Shown here: positions 11,226-20,401 of the stretch, in pieces | How the letters are laid out: each line of letters opens with the position of its first letter | Numbering within the stretch: the stretch's first letter is position 1 | Notes under the pieces: generated by a model | The model's input: the letters and a program-made list of their open reading frames with translations, nothing else | Database searches by the model: none | What the model was told of the DNA's origin: nothing | Translations under genes and position numbers: made by a program | Source: Candidatus Krumholzibacteriota bacterium | GTDB taxonomy: Bacteria; Krumholzibacteriota; Krumholzibacteriia; JAJRXK01 | Direction of reading: 5' to 3' | Length of the DNA stretch: 64,000 nt | NCBI GenBank assembly: GCA_963764625.1 | Contig: CAVXTH010000004.1 | Location: 1-64,000 of the forward strand

Positions 11226-12575
11226 TCAGCGAATCACCGTCATCTTGCGCACTTCGCTGAACGAGTCGAGGTCGATGCGATAGAAGTAAACGCCCGACGG
11301 GACTTCCTCGCCCAACTCGTCGCGCCCGTCCCAAACCACGCGGTGCTCGCCGAACTTGCTCAGCTTGTCCACCAGCGTTCGGCGGAGACGTCCGCGCGGA
11401 TCGTAGATCACCAGGCGCACGTGCCCGTCCTGGCTGAGATAGTAGGGAATCACAGTGGTGGGATTGAACGGATTGGGCGCGTTCTGCTCCAGAGTCACCG
11501 GCGCCGGCACGGACGCCGGCTGCGCTGCGGTCGGAACGGCCTCGGAAGAGTACTTGTACACGGCCTGGCCGACCGCATACCCAAGATCGTCGCGCAGCAT
11601 GAAGACACGATCCAGCCGCCTACCCCAATCGACGGATGTCCAGGTCACACCACCGTTAGTCGTTTGTCGGGCCTGGGTTTCTCCACCCCCCAGCCAACCC
11701 AGCATCGGGGTCGCGAACCCAATCCCCTGCTCGAGGTAGTTGCTTCCGTATCCGAAAGTCATGACGCTCCAAGTCGCACCACCGTCGGTGGTCTTGAGGA
11801 ACCGGTTGAGAGAATTCGCGTCGGTCTCGAGCGAGACATAACCGATTTCGGGAGTAGGGAAGCTGATCTTCCAGCCCCACTCCCCTCTTGCCTGGCCCTG
11901 CCACTTCACCTGCCAGGTGTCTCCGCCATCGCCCGTCCACAGCACCTCGGCCCGCGTGGAGTCGGGGAAGGCACCGATTCCCCCCACCACGAATCCAGAG
12001 TCGGGGTTGGTGAAGTAGCAGTCGATGAGGGTCGTGGCCTGGGCCGAGAGATCGATGCTCTCCCACGTGGCGCCGGCATCATCGCTCTTGAGCACGGTCG
12101 GCGGTCCGGTGTACCTCCCGCATCCGTAAACGGTGCTGTCGTTCACCGCCCATAATCCGCACATTCCGGCGGGTCGCGGCTCGGGAATGTTGTCGACGAC
12201 CTTCCAGCTGTGGCCTCCGTCGTCGGTACTGAAGAGCAGATTGACCTCGAACACCGAGCCCAGAAAACCATGCTGATGGTCGAGGAACGCGATGGAACGG
12301 AAGGCCTCGTCCGTCTGAACCTGGTTCGTCCAAGAGTACCCGCCGTCTTCGGTCTTCCACACCTCTCCCTGCAGATTGCAGATCCATCCGGTATCGTCAT
12401 CCACGAACCACAGGCCGTCATGGCGGGCAAAGTTGGCGTTGGGTGCAGAATTCAATGTGCGCCACTGCGGAGATTGCGCCGCAGCCGGGAGACTCGTGAG
12501 CCCCAAGCAGGCCGAGAGAAGAAAACACGCCACACCCAGCGGCAGCCTTGAAAGAACGGGATGGGGGAATTTCAT
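11226..12575 (-). CDS. Secreted YCF48/BNR (Asp-box) beta-propeller protein with FlgD-Ig/T9SS-like CTD
   Basis: Signal peptide ending AAA-Q; repeated (S/T)xDGGxxW Asp-boxes; C-terminal 'QNAPNPFNP...WDGRDE.G..VPSGVYFYRI...RKMTVIR'. Start 12575 or 12587. Confidence 0.85.
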   Translation of the reverse strand: MKFPHPVLSRLPLGVACFLLSACLGLTSLPAAAQSPQWRTLNSAPNANFARHDGLWFVDDDTGWICNLQGEVWKTEDGGYSWTNQVQTDEAFRSIAFLDHQHGFLGSVFEVNLLFSTDDGGHSWKVVDNIPEPRPAGMCGLWAVNDSTVYGCGRYTGPPTVLKSDDAGATWESIDLSAQATTLIDCYFTNPDSGFVVGGIGAFPDSTRAEVLWTGDGGDTWQVKWQGQARGEWGWKISFPTPEIGYVSLETDANSLNRFLKTTDGGATWSVMTFGYGSNYLEQGIGFATPMLGWLGGGETQARQTTNGGVTWTSVDWGRRLDRVFMLRDDLGYAVGQAVYKYSSEAVPTAAQPASVPAPVTLEQNAPNPFNPTTVIPYYLSQDGHVRLVIYDPRGRLRRTLVDKLSKFGEHRVVWDGRDELGEEVPSGVYFYRIDLDSFSEVRKMTVIR

Positions 12576-12710
12576 AGCACTTAGCATAACACGACCATTC
12601 CTTCTCGAGTGCCGCGCGAGGCGGCCGTAGGGACCGTTTGTCCGGGAAGCAGATGAGCTTGTCCCCTTTTCTGCCAGGCCCCGAGCTCTTGATTCAAGCC
12701 CGTCACCCCC

Positions 12711-12766
12711 GCAAAAAAAAGTTGACCCGCGTTCCTTTCTCTCTACTATTTGAAAACGATTCTCAA
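12711..12766 (+). promoter_or_regulatory. Sigma70-type promoter with overlapping Fur-like box
   Basis: A-tract to 12720, TTGACC (12722-27), 16 nt, TACTAT (12744-49). Directly after it is TGAAAAC-G-ATTCTCA (12751-65), matching the 7-1-7 Fur box TGATAAT-N-ATTATCA with 3 mismatches. Confidence 0.7.
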
Positions 12767-12831
12767 TTTCAATTAGAAAACAGGACCAACTCAGGGGGCC
12801 CCGTGCCCCACCCCACAGGAGGAAAAAGCCC

Positions 12832-13641
12832 ATGAAAAGGCTTCGAATGGCGGGTTTTACGGCCATGCTCTGTCTCTTCGCGCTCGGCGCCCTGAACTCG
12901 CATGCCCGGGCCAGCGAGCGCCGCTTCACCTACACCTACGGCTCGAGCGTTGCGAGCCCCGGTTCGATCGAGTTCGAGCCCTGGACTACCTTTCGCAGCG
13001 GCCGCGACGGCTTCTACAATCGCTTCGACCACCGTTTCGAGTTCGAGCTGGGCCTCACCGATCGCCTGCAGACCGCCTGGTACTTCAACTTCTCCTCGAT
13101 CACCCAGGACGAGGGGGATCAGCGCGTCTCGGAGTTCGAGTGGTCCGGCATCTCCTGGGAATGGAAGTATAAGCTGCTCGATCCGGTGGCCGACCCCGTG
13201 GGGATGGGTCTGTATCTGGAGCCTCGTCTTTCCACCGGTGAGGCCGAGCTCGAGACCAAGCTCATTGTGGACAAGCGCGTCGGCAACACCTACGGCGCCT
13301 TCAACGCCACGGTCGAACACGAATGGAATTTCGAGCAGCAGGACGAAACCGAGCGCGAAGTGAGTCTTGAATTCAACCTGGGCCTGGCCTACTTCCTCGG
13401 CTCCTCTCTCTCGGCCGGCCTCGAGGTGCGCAACCACAACCAGTTCCCCGGAGGTGAGGGACTGGAATACTCCGCCCTCTTCGCGGGCCCAGTGATCAGC
13501 TACGCCACCAGCACTTGGTGGGCAACCCTTACCCTCATGCCCCAACTTCCCGCGCTGAAGAAAAAGGACTCCGGCGGCTCGCTCATCCTCGACGAGCACG
13601 AGCGGTACAACGCGCGTCTGATTTTCGGGATAGATCTATGA
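12832..13641 (+). CDS. Outer-membrane beta-barrel protein (DUF6662-like)
   Basis: Signal peptide; 'ERRFTYTY...G.IEFEPWTT' N-terminus; alternating aromatic strands; C-terminal strand 'RLIFGIDL'; RBS aggagg. Confidence 0.7.
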   Translation: MKRLRMAGFTAMLCLFALGALNSHARASERRFTYTYGSSVASPGSIEFEPWTTFRSGRDGFYNRFDHRFEFELGLTDRLQTAWYFNFSSITQDEGDQRVSEFEWSGISWEWKYKLLDPVADPVGMGLYLEPRLSTGEAELETKLIVDKRVGNTYGAFNATVEHEWNFEQQDETEREVSLEFNLGLAYFLGSSLSAGLEVRNHNQFPGGEGLEYSALFAGPVISYATSTWWATLTLMPQLPALKKKDSGGSLILDEHERYNARLIFGIDL

Positions 13642-13988
13642 GTGGACGAGAAGCGATGCAGCTACGTGTTTTCCTCTTCAGCGTCCTTTTAATCGTCACC
13701 GCGGGCTGCGCGACGACCATCATCCAACCGACGCAGGAAGATCTACGCTGGGCCCAGTCCCACTGGCCTGCCGTCACGCTTCAGGATCTTCAAGACGGCC
13801 GGAGCCTCTATGTGCAGAAGTGCGCCAGCTGTCATCACCTGCGTCAGCCCGCCAAGTACGAGCCCGAACGTTGGCCGCAGCTCGTGGCAAAAATGCGGCC
13901 GAACGCGAAGATCGACGAAGCCCAGGCGGAGCTGCTCGTACGATACTTGAGTACCGCGAGCGAACGGCTTCGGAGCCAGGGGGAATGA
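13638..13988 (+). CDS. Monoheme c-type cytochrome lipoprotein
   Basis: ATGA overlap with the upstream stop; lipobox-like TAG-C; CASCH heme motif; downstream Met (KMRP) is a possible axial ligand. Confidence 0.8.
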   Translation: MSGREAMQLRVFLFSVLLIVTAGCATTIIQPTQEDLRWAQSHWPAVTLQDLQDGRSLYVQKCASCHHLRQPAKYEPERWPQLVAKMRPNAKIDEAQAELLVRYLSTASERLRSQGE

Positions 13989-14081
13989 ACTGAGGAAAAT
14001 CCTAGCTTTCTCTCCACATTTGTGGCCGTCGTGTTTCTTGGGTTCGATTCCGTAGGTTTCTAACCTGTCTTGCTCCTTCCC

Positions 14082-14283
14082 TGTCCCCACCATAAAGTCC
14101 ATCCGCATTGCCTAATTTCGATCCCGCCGTTCCGTGATTTTGGAGTATGTCGCGCTGCGCCATCAGCTACATGTCCTCGGCCGCCACGAACAACGCCCCG
14201 TGGTCGGAGGGCTCCATCACCGCTACTCTCGAAAGGCCGCGTAGCCGTGGATTCGATGCCGGATCGAATTAATGGAAGGGACA
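14082..14283 (+). mobile_element. Miniature IS relic A (TGT...ACA ends, internally deleted rve-type transposase)
   Basis: Terminal IRs TGTCCCCACCATAAAGTCCATCCG and (rc) TGTCCCTTCCATTAATTCGATCCG match at 19/24. One internal frame reads FRSRRSVILEYVALRHQLHVLGR...PVVGGLHHRYSRKAA*, i.e. transposase N- and C-terminal motifs joined. Confidence 0.8.
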
Positions 14284-14363
14284 GAGGGGAACACTTGTGA
14301 CTCTGAATTGACACCGTGACGCGAGCTAATGCACTCTCTCTGAACTGACCGGAGGGAGTCGAC

Positions 14364-14630
14364 ATGAGAGTTTTTCTCAGCGTATTCGCGGCTGTGTTCA
14401 TCGCTGAACTGGGCGACAAGACCCAGCTGGCCACCATGCTCTTCGCGGCCGACAAGAGTGTGAACAAGTTCGTCGTTTTTCTCGGTGCCTCCTTGGCACT
14501 CGTTCTCGCGTCGGCTATCGGAGTACTCGCGGGCGGAGTTCTCTCGAACTACGTGAGCGAACGGCACTTACATCTGGTCGCAGGACTGGGCTTCATTGGC
14601 ATCGGTCTCTGGATGCTCGTGCGGGCGTGA
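14364..14630 (+). CDS. TMEM165/GDT1 (UPF0016) family Mn2+/Ca2+ transporter, half-size
   Basis: Signature AELGDKTQ; three hydrophobic helices; RBS ggaggg. Confidence 0.9.
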   Translation: MRVFLSVFAAVFIAELGDKTQLATMLFAADKSVNKFVVFLGASLALVLASAIGVLAGGVLSNYVSERHLHLVAGLGFIGIGLWMLVRA

Positions 14631-14888
14631 TAGGGGCTGTATTGGTCCACCGAATTCAATGCTCACTTTCTCGCTCAGAATCACCAGCGGGCGCGAACTT
14701 ATCAACGAAGGTACTTGAGACATTCCACGGAGAGTAACGAAAGGGCTCATCTGAAATGTGGCGAAATCGCGTGGCGGCGTCTCAGAGTCTCGGTGTCTCT
14801 GCATCGGAACGGGAAAAACTTAACGCGCCCAGGATATTATGGGGTCACGCGCAGGCCGCCTTCGCATAGATGGTCACGATTGGCTCCG

Positions 14889-15944
14889 TCAGAAACTGTA
14901 GCCAGCCGCCCCGGATGACCGCGTGGTGTCTGCCTCCATGCGCGCCCGCCGCAGCCGTCTCCATGCGCTCGGCGACACGCCGACCATCCGCTTGAACGCC
15001 CTCGAGAACGCTGCCTCGTTCTTGTAGCCTACGTCGAATGCGATCTCGATTACTTTCGCATCAGTATCACGCAGCCGCACGGAGGCCAGTTGCATCCTCC
15101 ATTGGGTCAAGTATTGCATCGGGGGTTGCCCGATAAAGTGAACGAAATGCTCGTGCAGCGTCGAGCGCGAAACTGCCGCCTCCTCGCCCAGTCGCTGGAC
15201 TGTCCATGGTTCTGCGGGTCGATCGTGCATGAGCGCAAGTACGCGCCCGATGGCCTCGTCACGGAGTCCCGCCAGCCAGCTCGGCTGGCCCTGTGGCAGT
15301 GCATCTGCGTATCGGCGCACCACTTCTACAAAGAGCATTTCGCTCATACGCTCGAGGACGGCCTCTCCGCCCGGTCGTTTGCGGCTCGACTCCTCGACCA
15401 CAGATCGCAGGAAGTTCGCAACCCACGAGCTGGAATCGGTGGCGATTCCCGGCATGCGCAACACTCTTGGCATCGACGCGAGAAGTGGGTTGAAGGGCCT
15501 CGCGTCGCAGCCCAAAAAGCCGCAGACCACGGTCGTCTTCTGGCCACCACCCCCATCGAGCTGAGCAACGGCAGCGCTTTCACCGGAAACATTGAGGCAG
15601 TATGGCAATTGTGGAGGGCGAGGCGCGAACTGTAGCCCGGCATCCTGGATGGTCGCCCGCAATCCCGGTGCGCTCGACATGACGTGGGCATCGCCGTGTG
15701 GAAACAGTACGACGTCGCCCTCATGCAGACGAATCGGCTCGCCGCCAATGATTGTCGCCCAACACGATCCGCTGGCGATCCCGTGGAACTCCATCATGTG
15801 CTCGACGCCGGGCATGATTCGGGGAATGAGGTCCCGCGAATGGGAGGTTTCGACGACCCAGGGGTCGGATCCCTTGATGTAAAAGAAGAACGCGCCTCGC
15901 AGCCGAACAGCACGTAGTAAGTCGGAAAGAATATCGCGGCTCAC
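14889..15944 (-). CDS. AraC family transcriptional regulator (cupin_6 + HTH; RclR-like)
   Basis: 'DILSDLLRAVRLRGA' N-terminus; C-terminal 'PPMQYLTQWRM...IAFDVGYKNEAAFSRAFKR'; GTG start after GAGGAG. Confidence 0.92.
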   Translation of the reverse strand: MSRDILSDLLRAVRLRGAFFFYIKGSDPWVVETSHSRDLIPRIMPGVEHMMEFHGIASGSCWATIIGGEPIRLHEGDVVLFPHGDAHVMSSAPGLRATIQDAGLQFAPRPPQLPYCLNVSGESAAVAQLDGGGGQKTTVVCGFLGCDARPFNPLLASMPRVLRMPGIATDSSSWVANFLRSVVEESSRKRPGGEAVLERMSEMLFVEVVRRYADALPQGQPSWLAGLRDEAIGRVLALMHDRPAEPWTVQRLGEEAAVSRSTLHEHFVHFIGQPPMQYLTQWRMQLASVRLRDTDAKVIEIAFDVGYKNEAAFSRAFKRMVGVSPSAWRRLRRARMEADTTRSSGAAGYSF

Positions 15945-16001
15945 GTGCTCCTCACATGTCCGTCCCGACCGTTGGGGGATCACTTCCGGACGAACAGCAC
16001 A

Positions 16002-16029
16002 ATTCTACCGACACTAGGCAGTGTGTCAA
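16002..16029 (-). promoter_or_regulatory. Sigma70 promoter for the AraC gene
   Basis: Minus strand reads TTGACA-16 nt-TAGAAT, about 60 nt upstream of the GTG start. Confidence 0.7.
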
Positions 16030-16160
16030 GCCAACCACTTGCGGCATCTTAGGTTTGGCGCGAAGGGGAGTGACCTGATTCGCCCTAGTGGTGAGGGAAT
16101 GGGCGTCCCCTCACGCGGTGTGTGTCGAACAGCAGACGCCAAACCAGGAGGATTGGAGAA

Positions 16161-16586
16161 ATGGGTCAATCGAAAATTGAGCATCGGGCACGACTCGGGT
16201 CCGGTTCTCGAAAGAACACGAAACGGTGGGCTTCTTCTCTCTTTCTGGCCGGGGTGATCGCTGCGCTGGTGGCGTGCGGAAGCGATTACGGTGGCGGCTA
16301 CACGACTGCGCCTACCTCTGGAGGCAAGGAGCTCGACTCCGGCAATATCAGCCCGGGAGCCACCTACCAGCATCGCTTCGCAAGCGCAGGTTCGTTTCCC
16401 TACCACTGTATTTATCACGCTCCGATGACCGGAACCGTCGAGGTATCGACTGGTGCGGCCGACACGCTCGTAAACGTCAGTATCACAAGCAGCTCTGCCC
16501 CATTCCCGGCGGCCTCTGTCAAACCGGGCGGGAGGGTGGTCTGGACCAACAACACGAGCGTGGTGCACACCGTCACCAGCGACTGA
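16161..16586 (+). CDS. Cupredoxin (plastocyanin/amicyanin-like) lipoprotein, apparently circularly permuted
   Basis: Lipobox LVA-C. 'DSGNISPG..Y...F...G.FPYHCIYHAPMTGTVEV' comes before 'VKPGGRVVWTN....HTVTSD*'. Confidence 0.8.
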   Translation: MGQSKIEHRARLGSGSRKNTKRWASSLFLAGVIAALVACGSDYGGGYTTAPTSGGKELDSGNISPGATYQHRFASAGSFPYHCIYHAPMTGTVEVSTGAADTLVNVSITSSSAPFPAASVKPGGRVVWTNNTSVVHTVTSD

Positions 16587-16588
16587 GC

Positions 16589-16699
16589 TGTCCTTACCAC
16601 TAAGTCCATGCGGCGACCGAGAACCCGCAGCTGATGGCAAAGGGCGATGTTCTCCAAGATGAGCGAACGGCCGCATCGATGGAGTTTTTGGTAGGGACA
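16589..16699 (-). mobile_element. Miniature IS relic B
   Basis: IRs TGTCCTTACCACTAAGTCCAT and (rc) TGTCCCTACCAAAAACTCCAT match at 17/21; minus strand reads GRSLILENIALCHQLRVLGRR. Confidence 0.8.
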
Positions 16700-16741
16700 G
16701 CTCGGGCGAGTCTTGTGGATCCTATAGATGAAAGGAATCGC

Positions 16742-17704
16742 ATGAAACAATTTCACGTTTTCACCCTGGCAACTTTCTTCCTGCTACTGAGCTCGACTGC
16801 CTGGGCCAGCGTCCACTTGATGCAGATTGAGAGAGTAATCGCAGGAGTCGACGGAGACGCTTCGGCACAGGCGGTCCAATTACGCATGCGCTCTGCGTTC
16901 CAGAACCAAACCCAACTCGCACGTCTGGTTGCATACGATGCGGCTGGCCTGAACCCTGTCATACTTGTCGCGCCGAGCACTACCGTCCCCAACAGTTCCG
17001 CAGGAGACCGAATCCTGTTCTGCACCAGTGCCTTCGCGGCCGATACGGATCCACTGACGGCAACCGATTTTACGATGGTGCCAATTCCCTCCTCTTACCT
17101 TGCCGCAGGTAGCCTCACTTGGGAGAGCACCACGGGAAGCATCTACTGGCGACTGAGCTGGGGCGGGTCCTCTTACACCGGTAACACCACGGGAACCACC
17201 TTCAACGATGTGGACGGTCAATTCGCTCCGGTCTACACTTCCGAGCTGCCTTCGGCGGGGACAAATGCACTGAGCTTCCTCGGAACCGCGACGGACCTGA
17301 GCACCAACAACGCGAACGATTACGCACTCACTGCAGACAACGCCGATTTTATGAACAACGCCGGCACCGTCTTCACGGTGCAGTCGACAGCTACCGCCGT
17401 AGAATCGTTACCTCGTCTGTCCACTGGGGTGGAAATGCAGCCGGCGTTTCCCAATCCTTTCAATCCGCGCACTAACGTGCGCTTCGAACTGGCCGAGGAG
17501 GGTCGCGTTTCCCTGCGGATTTATGGACTGGATGGGCGACTCGTAAACGTCCTGCTCGACGGAGTGCAACCACCGGGCACCCAGCTACGAAGCTGGACTG
17601 GCACGGATCTTCAGGGACGCAGCGTGGCATCCGGGGTATACCTCATTCAGCTCGAAGTCGGGGATGGATCGGCCGCGAGCCAGAGGGTGACCCTCGTGAA
17701 GTGA
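16742..17704 (+). CDS. Secreted protein with FlgD-Ig/T9SS-like CTD
   Basis: Signal peptide ending AWA; C-terminal 'AFPNPFNP.T...IYGLDGRLV...WTGTDLQGRSVASGVY...QRVTLVK'. Confidence 0.8.
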   Translation: MKQFHVFTLATFFLLLSSTAWASVHLMQIERVIAGVDGDASAQAVQLRMRSAFQNQTQLARLVAYDAAGLNPVILVAPSTTVPNSSAGDRILFCTSAFAADTDPLTATDFTMVPIPSSYLAAGSLTWESTTGSIYWRLSWGGSSYTGNTTGTTFNDVDGQFAPVYTSELPSAGTNALSFLGTATDLSTNNANDYALTADNADFMNNAGTVFTVQSTATAVESLPRLSTGVEMQPAFPNPFNPRTNVRFELAEEGRVSLRIYGLDGRLVNVLLDGVQPPGTQLRSWTGTDLQGRSVASGVYLIQLEVGDGSAASQRVTLVK

Positions 17705-17852
17705 TCCAAAACAAGGGAGAGCGCCCGCAAGTTAAGGAGTAGCATGGCCTTCTTTCCTCTATCTCCCCGTTGTGTCTCGTGCATTCAATTCCCTAGGTTT
17801 TTAGCCCGCGATTTTCTTCTCCCCGAAACTCAATGCGACAAGGAGAGGTTCT

Positions 17853-18299
17853 ATGCAACTAAAACGAATGAACAACGCGGCCCTATCCCTGGCAGTGCTT
17901 CTTGCGGCGTGCGGAAGCGATAGCAGCCCGACCTCTTCCGACAATTCCGGTAACGCTCCGCGCACGATCAAAGCCGACCCGTCCTTCGTAAATGACGTGT
18001 TCGAAATTCTCCAGCGGAGACAATGTACCAGTAGCGGCTGTCACGGAGGTGGCACCGGAGGTCTCACCATGACTTCAGCATCCGTCGCTTTCTCCAATCT
18101 CGTGAACCAACCGGCGGTAGGAAAGACCGGAGAGATTCGCGTCATTCCCGGAGACGCCGAAGGCAGTTACATGGTCAAGAAGCTGGAGGGTGCCGCCGGA
18201 ATCGTGGGTGAGCAGATGCCCCGGGGGATGACGCCCTTGGATGACATTGACATGTCAAACATCAAGAATTGGATCAACCAGGGCGCCAAGGATAACTGA
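17853..18299 (+). CDS. Lipoprotein, cytochrome c-like with CX4CH motif
   Basis: Lipobox LAA-C; CTSSGCH; 'RVIPGDAEGS...KL..G......MP....L......IKNWINQGA' resembles planctomycete-type cytochrome c domains. Confidence 0.65.
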   Translation: MQLKRMNNAALSLAVLLAACGSDSSPTSSDNSGNAPRTIKADPSFVNDVFEILQRRQCTSSGCHGGGTGGLTMTSASVAFSNLVNQPAVGKTGEIRVIPGDAEGSYMVKKLEGAAGIVGEQMPRGMTPLDDIDMSNIKNWINQGAKDN

Positions 18300-18907
18300 T
18301 GCGCAGTCTCTCCAAGCGACTCGGCTGCGCTTTCGGGCTGGGCCTGTTTTTTCTCTTGCGGCTTTCCCCCGCGCTCGCACGCGAATACGACGTCAATCTT
18401 CAGGCCAAGCGCGAGGTCCGCTTCCGCTCGACGACCAAAGTCAACGAATTCGATGGGATCACCGATCACATCGATGGTTACGTGCTTCTTCCCGACTCCG
18501 CCCCGCCCCTAAACGAGAACGCCAAGGGTTCAGAGCTGCACTTCGAAGTTGATCTGGCCAGCCTGGATACCGGGATCGGACTTCGCAACCGTCACATGCG
18601 CGACAACTACCTGGAAGTGAAAAAGTATCCCTACGCCACCTTCAGTGGTAGCATTAGCGAGGTCAAGACGGCAGGCGAGGATAGCCTCGGAGTGATGACC
18701 AAGGGAACGATGCAGATTCACGGAGTGAAGAAGGACTTGAACATTCCGTGTACCGTGAGTTCCGAAGGTTCCGGGTACAGAGTGCACGGCGAGTTCATGG
18801 TGCTCCTCTCCGACTTCGACATCCCGATTCCGAAGATTATGTTTCTCCAGCTCGACAACGAGATCCACGTGCAGGTAAACTTCGAGGTACAGCCGATCAA
18901 GAACTAG
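18299..18907 (+). CDS. YceI family lipid/polyisoprenoid-binding protein
   Basis: 'VDLASLDTGIGLRNRHMRDNYLEVKKYPYATF' and 'G.MQIHGVKK' motifs; signal peptide; start overlaps the upstream stop. Confidence 0.9.
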   Translation: MRSLSKRLGCAFGLGLFFLLRLSPALAREYDVNLQAKREVRFRSTTKVNEFDGITDHIDGYVLLPDSAPPLNENAKGSELHFEVDLASLDTGIGLRNRHMRDNYLEVKKYPYATFSGSISEVKTAGEDSLGVMTKGTMQIHGVKKDLNIPCTVSSEGSGYRVHGEFMVLLSDFDIPIPKIMFLQLDNEIHVQVNFEVQPIKN

Positions 18908-18921
18908 CAGGGAGGCGTTTC

Positions 18922-19782
18922 ATGAAGCTGCGAAGCACGCTCGCGGCAGTTCTCATTCTGAGCTTCATCCCCACCACGCTCTATGCCATGGAACAGTCGG
19001 TCGGGTGGCATCGCAGGGAAGAAACCACGACTCCTCCCATCACGGTTTTTCACTCTCCTCAATCGGCCAACCTTCCCACGGCCCAGACCCTCTTCAAAGG
19101 CGAGTGGCAATTCGAAATCTCGCACCGTTTCCTGCCTCCCTTTTCGGCTGGAACGAATGCGCTATGGGGACTCGATGGGCCCATCTACAATCGTCTGGGT
19201 CTCTCCTATGCGCCCAGCGATGTAGTGATGCTCACCGCGCTCAGAAGCAATCTCGATGACAACCTGGAACTCGGCGCGAAGTGGCGCTTTCGCGAGGGTC
19301 ACTTCAAGGCGGTGCCGTATCAATTTGCCGTCAAGGGTGGGCTCGCTTCGAATACCGCGACAAAACCGGCAGATGGCCCCGGGTACCGGAACAAGGAAGC
19401 ACAGGCCTACGCCCAACTCATTCTCGATGCGCTTCTGGCCGACCGACTCGCCGTGGGCGTAGTGAGTTCGTATCTCAACAACGCGCGGATCGCCGACTCG
19501 AGGACCCTCAATGAAGTGACGGTGGGTCTCAACGCCCAACTGTACCTTGCCCGCATGTTCAGCGTGTTTACCGAGTGGAATGCTTCCAAGAGTTACCCTG
19601 GGCTCGAGCACGACGCCCTCAGCTTTGGACTGGAGATCGAGACCGGCGGCCACTTCTTCAAGCTGATGGCCAGCAATAGCGACCGTCCGAATCCCACCCA
19701 GTTCCTCGGGGGAACCCCCGTTGCCTTCACCCCTCACGAGTGGCGCTTCGGATTCAACCTGACCCGGATCTTGCGGTTCTGA
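18922..19782 (+). CDS. Outer-membrane beta-barrel protein (DUF5777-like)
   Basis: 'F.ISHRF', 'LWGLD', 'G.EIETGGHFF' and C-terminal 'FGFNLTR..F' motifs; signal peptide; RBS ggagg. Confidence 0.8.
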   Translation: MKLRSTLAAVLILSFIPTTLYAMEQSVGWHRREETTTPPITVFHSPQSANLPTAQTLFKGEWQFEISHRFLPPFSAGTNALWGLDGPIYNRLGLSYAPSDVVMLTALRSNLDDNLELGAKWRFREGHFKAVPYQFAVKGGLASNTATKPADGPGYRNKEAQAYAQLILDALLADRLAVGVVSSYLNNARIADSRTLNEVTVGLNAQLYLARMFSVFTEWNASKSYPGLEHDALSFGLEIETGGHFFKLMASNSDRPNPTQFLGGTPVAFTPHEWRFGFNLTRILRF

Positions 19783-19794
19783 GCTCTGGGAATC

Positions 19795-20394
19795 ATGGGT
19801 GACTCTAACGAACCACTTCATTTCGCCGATCCCGCATTCGTGAAGAAACTGCGAGCTGGAGACTCCGCCGCTCTGGAGAATGTCGTCCACGCCTACTTGC
19901 CGCAAATTTTGCGTGCCGCGCGCGGTGCGGGTCTGGATCGTGAGCAGGCCGAGGACGTGACCCAGTCAGTCTTTCTGACCTTCGTGGAGAGTATTGGCCG
20001 CTTCGAGGGGCGCTCGCACGTCCGCACCTGGCTATTCGGCATTCTCTATCGGAAGATCTCGGCGGGCTGGCGCGCGAAGCGTCGAGAGATCGGGCTCGAC
20101 GACATCGATGGAATCGTGGAATCGCGCTTTGCTCCCGATGGCAGCTGGCTTCGTCCCCCTCGTGAGGCCGACCGGGAGACTCTGGATGCCGAAATTCGCG
20201 CGAATCTGGCGGAATGCCTCGAGGGGGTGCCTGAGCGGCAGAGAATGGCCTTCGTGCTACGGGAAATCGAGGCCATGCCCACGACGGAAATCTGTAATGT
20301 AATGAGTGTGACGGACACTAACTTGGGAGTCCTTCTCTACAGGGTCCGCAACCGCTTGCGAGAGTGCCTCGAAAAGCGGAGCATCAGGGGGTGA
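19795..20394 (+). CDS. ECF RNA polymerase sigma factor
   Basis: 'AEDVTQSVF', 'FEGRSHVRTWLFGIL', and region 4 'QRMAFVLREIE...EIC......NLGVLLYR'. Confidence 0.92.
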   Translation: MGDSNEPLHFADPAFVKKLRAGDSAALENVVHAYLPQILRAARGAGLDREQAEDVTQSVFLTFVESIGRFEGRSHVRTWLFGILYRKISAGWRAKRREIGLDDIDGIVESRFAPDGSWLRPPREADRETLDAEIRANLAECLEGVPERQRMAFVLREIEAMPTTEICNVMSVTDTNLGVLLYRVRNRLRECLEKRSIRG

Positions 20395-20401
20395 GCGCGA
20401 G

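Noticed and set aside
14036-14056. GGTTCGATTCC resembling a tRNA T-loop
   Set aside because: The T-stem pairs poorly and no acceptor, D or anticodon arms or CCA can be built around it.
14284-14363. Possible yybP-ykoY (Mn) riboswitch or sigma70 promoter before the TMEM165 gene
   Set aside because: No recognisable riboswitch core; TTGACA at 14308 has no good -10 at 16-18 nt; the sequence further upstream is IS relic A.
14636-14860. Possible further transposase relic (TGTATTGG start; 'NHQ' and 'LRGM.KY'-like fragments)
   Set aside because: Too degenerate to assign ends or frame by eye; needs a profile search.
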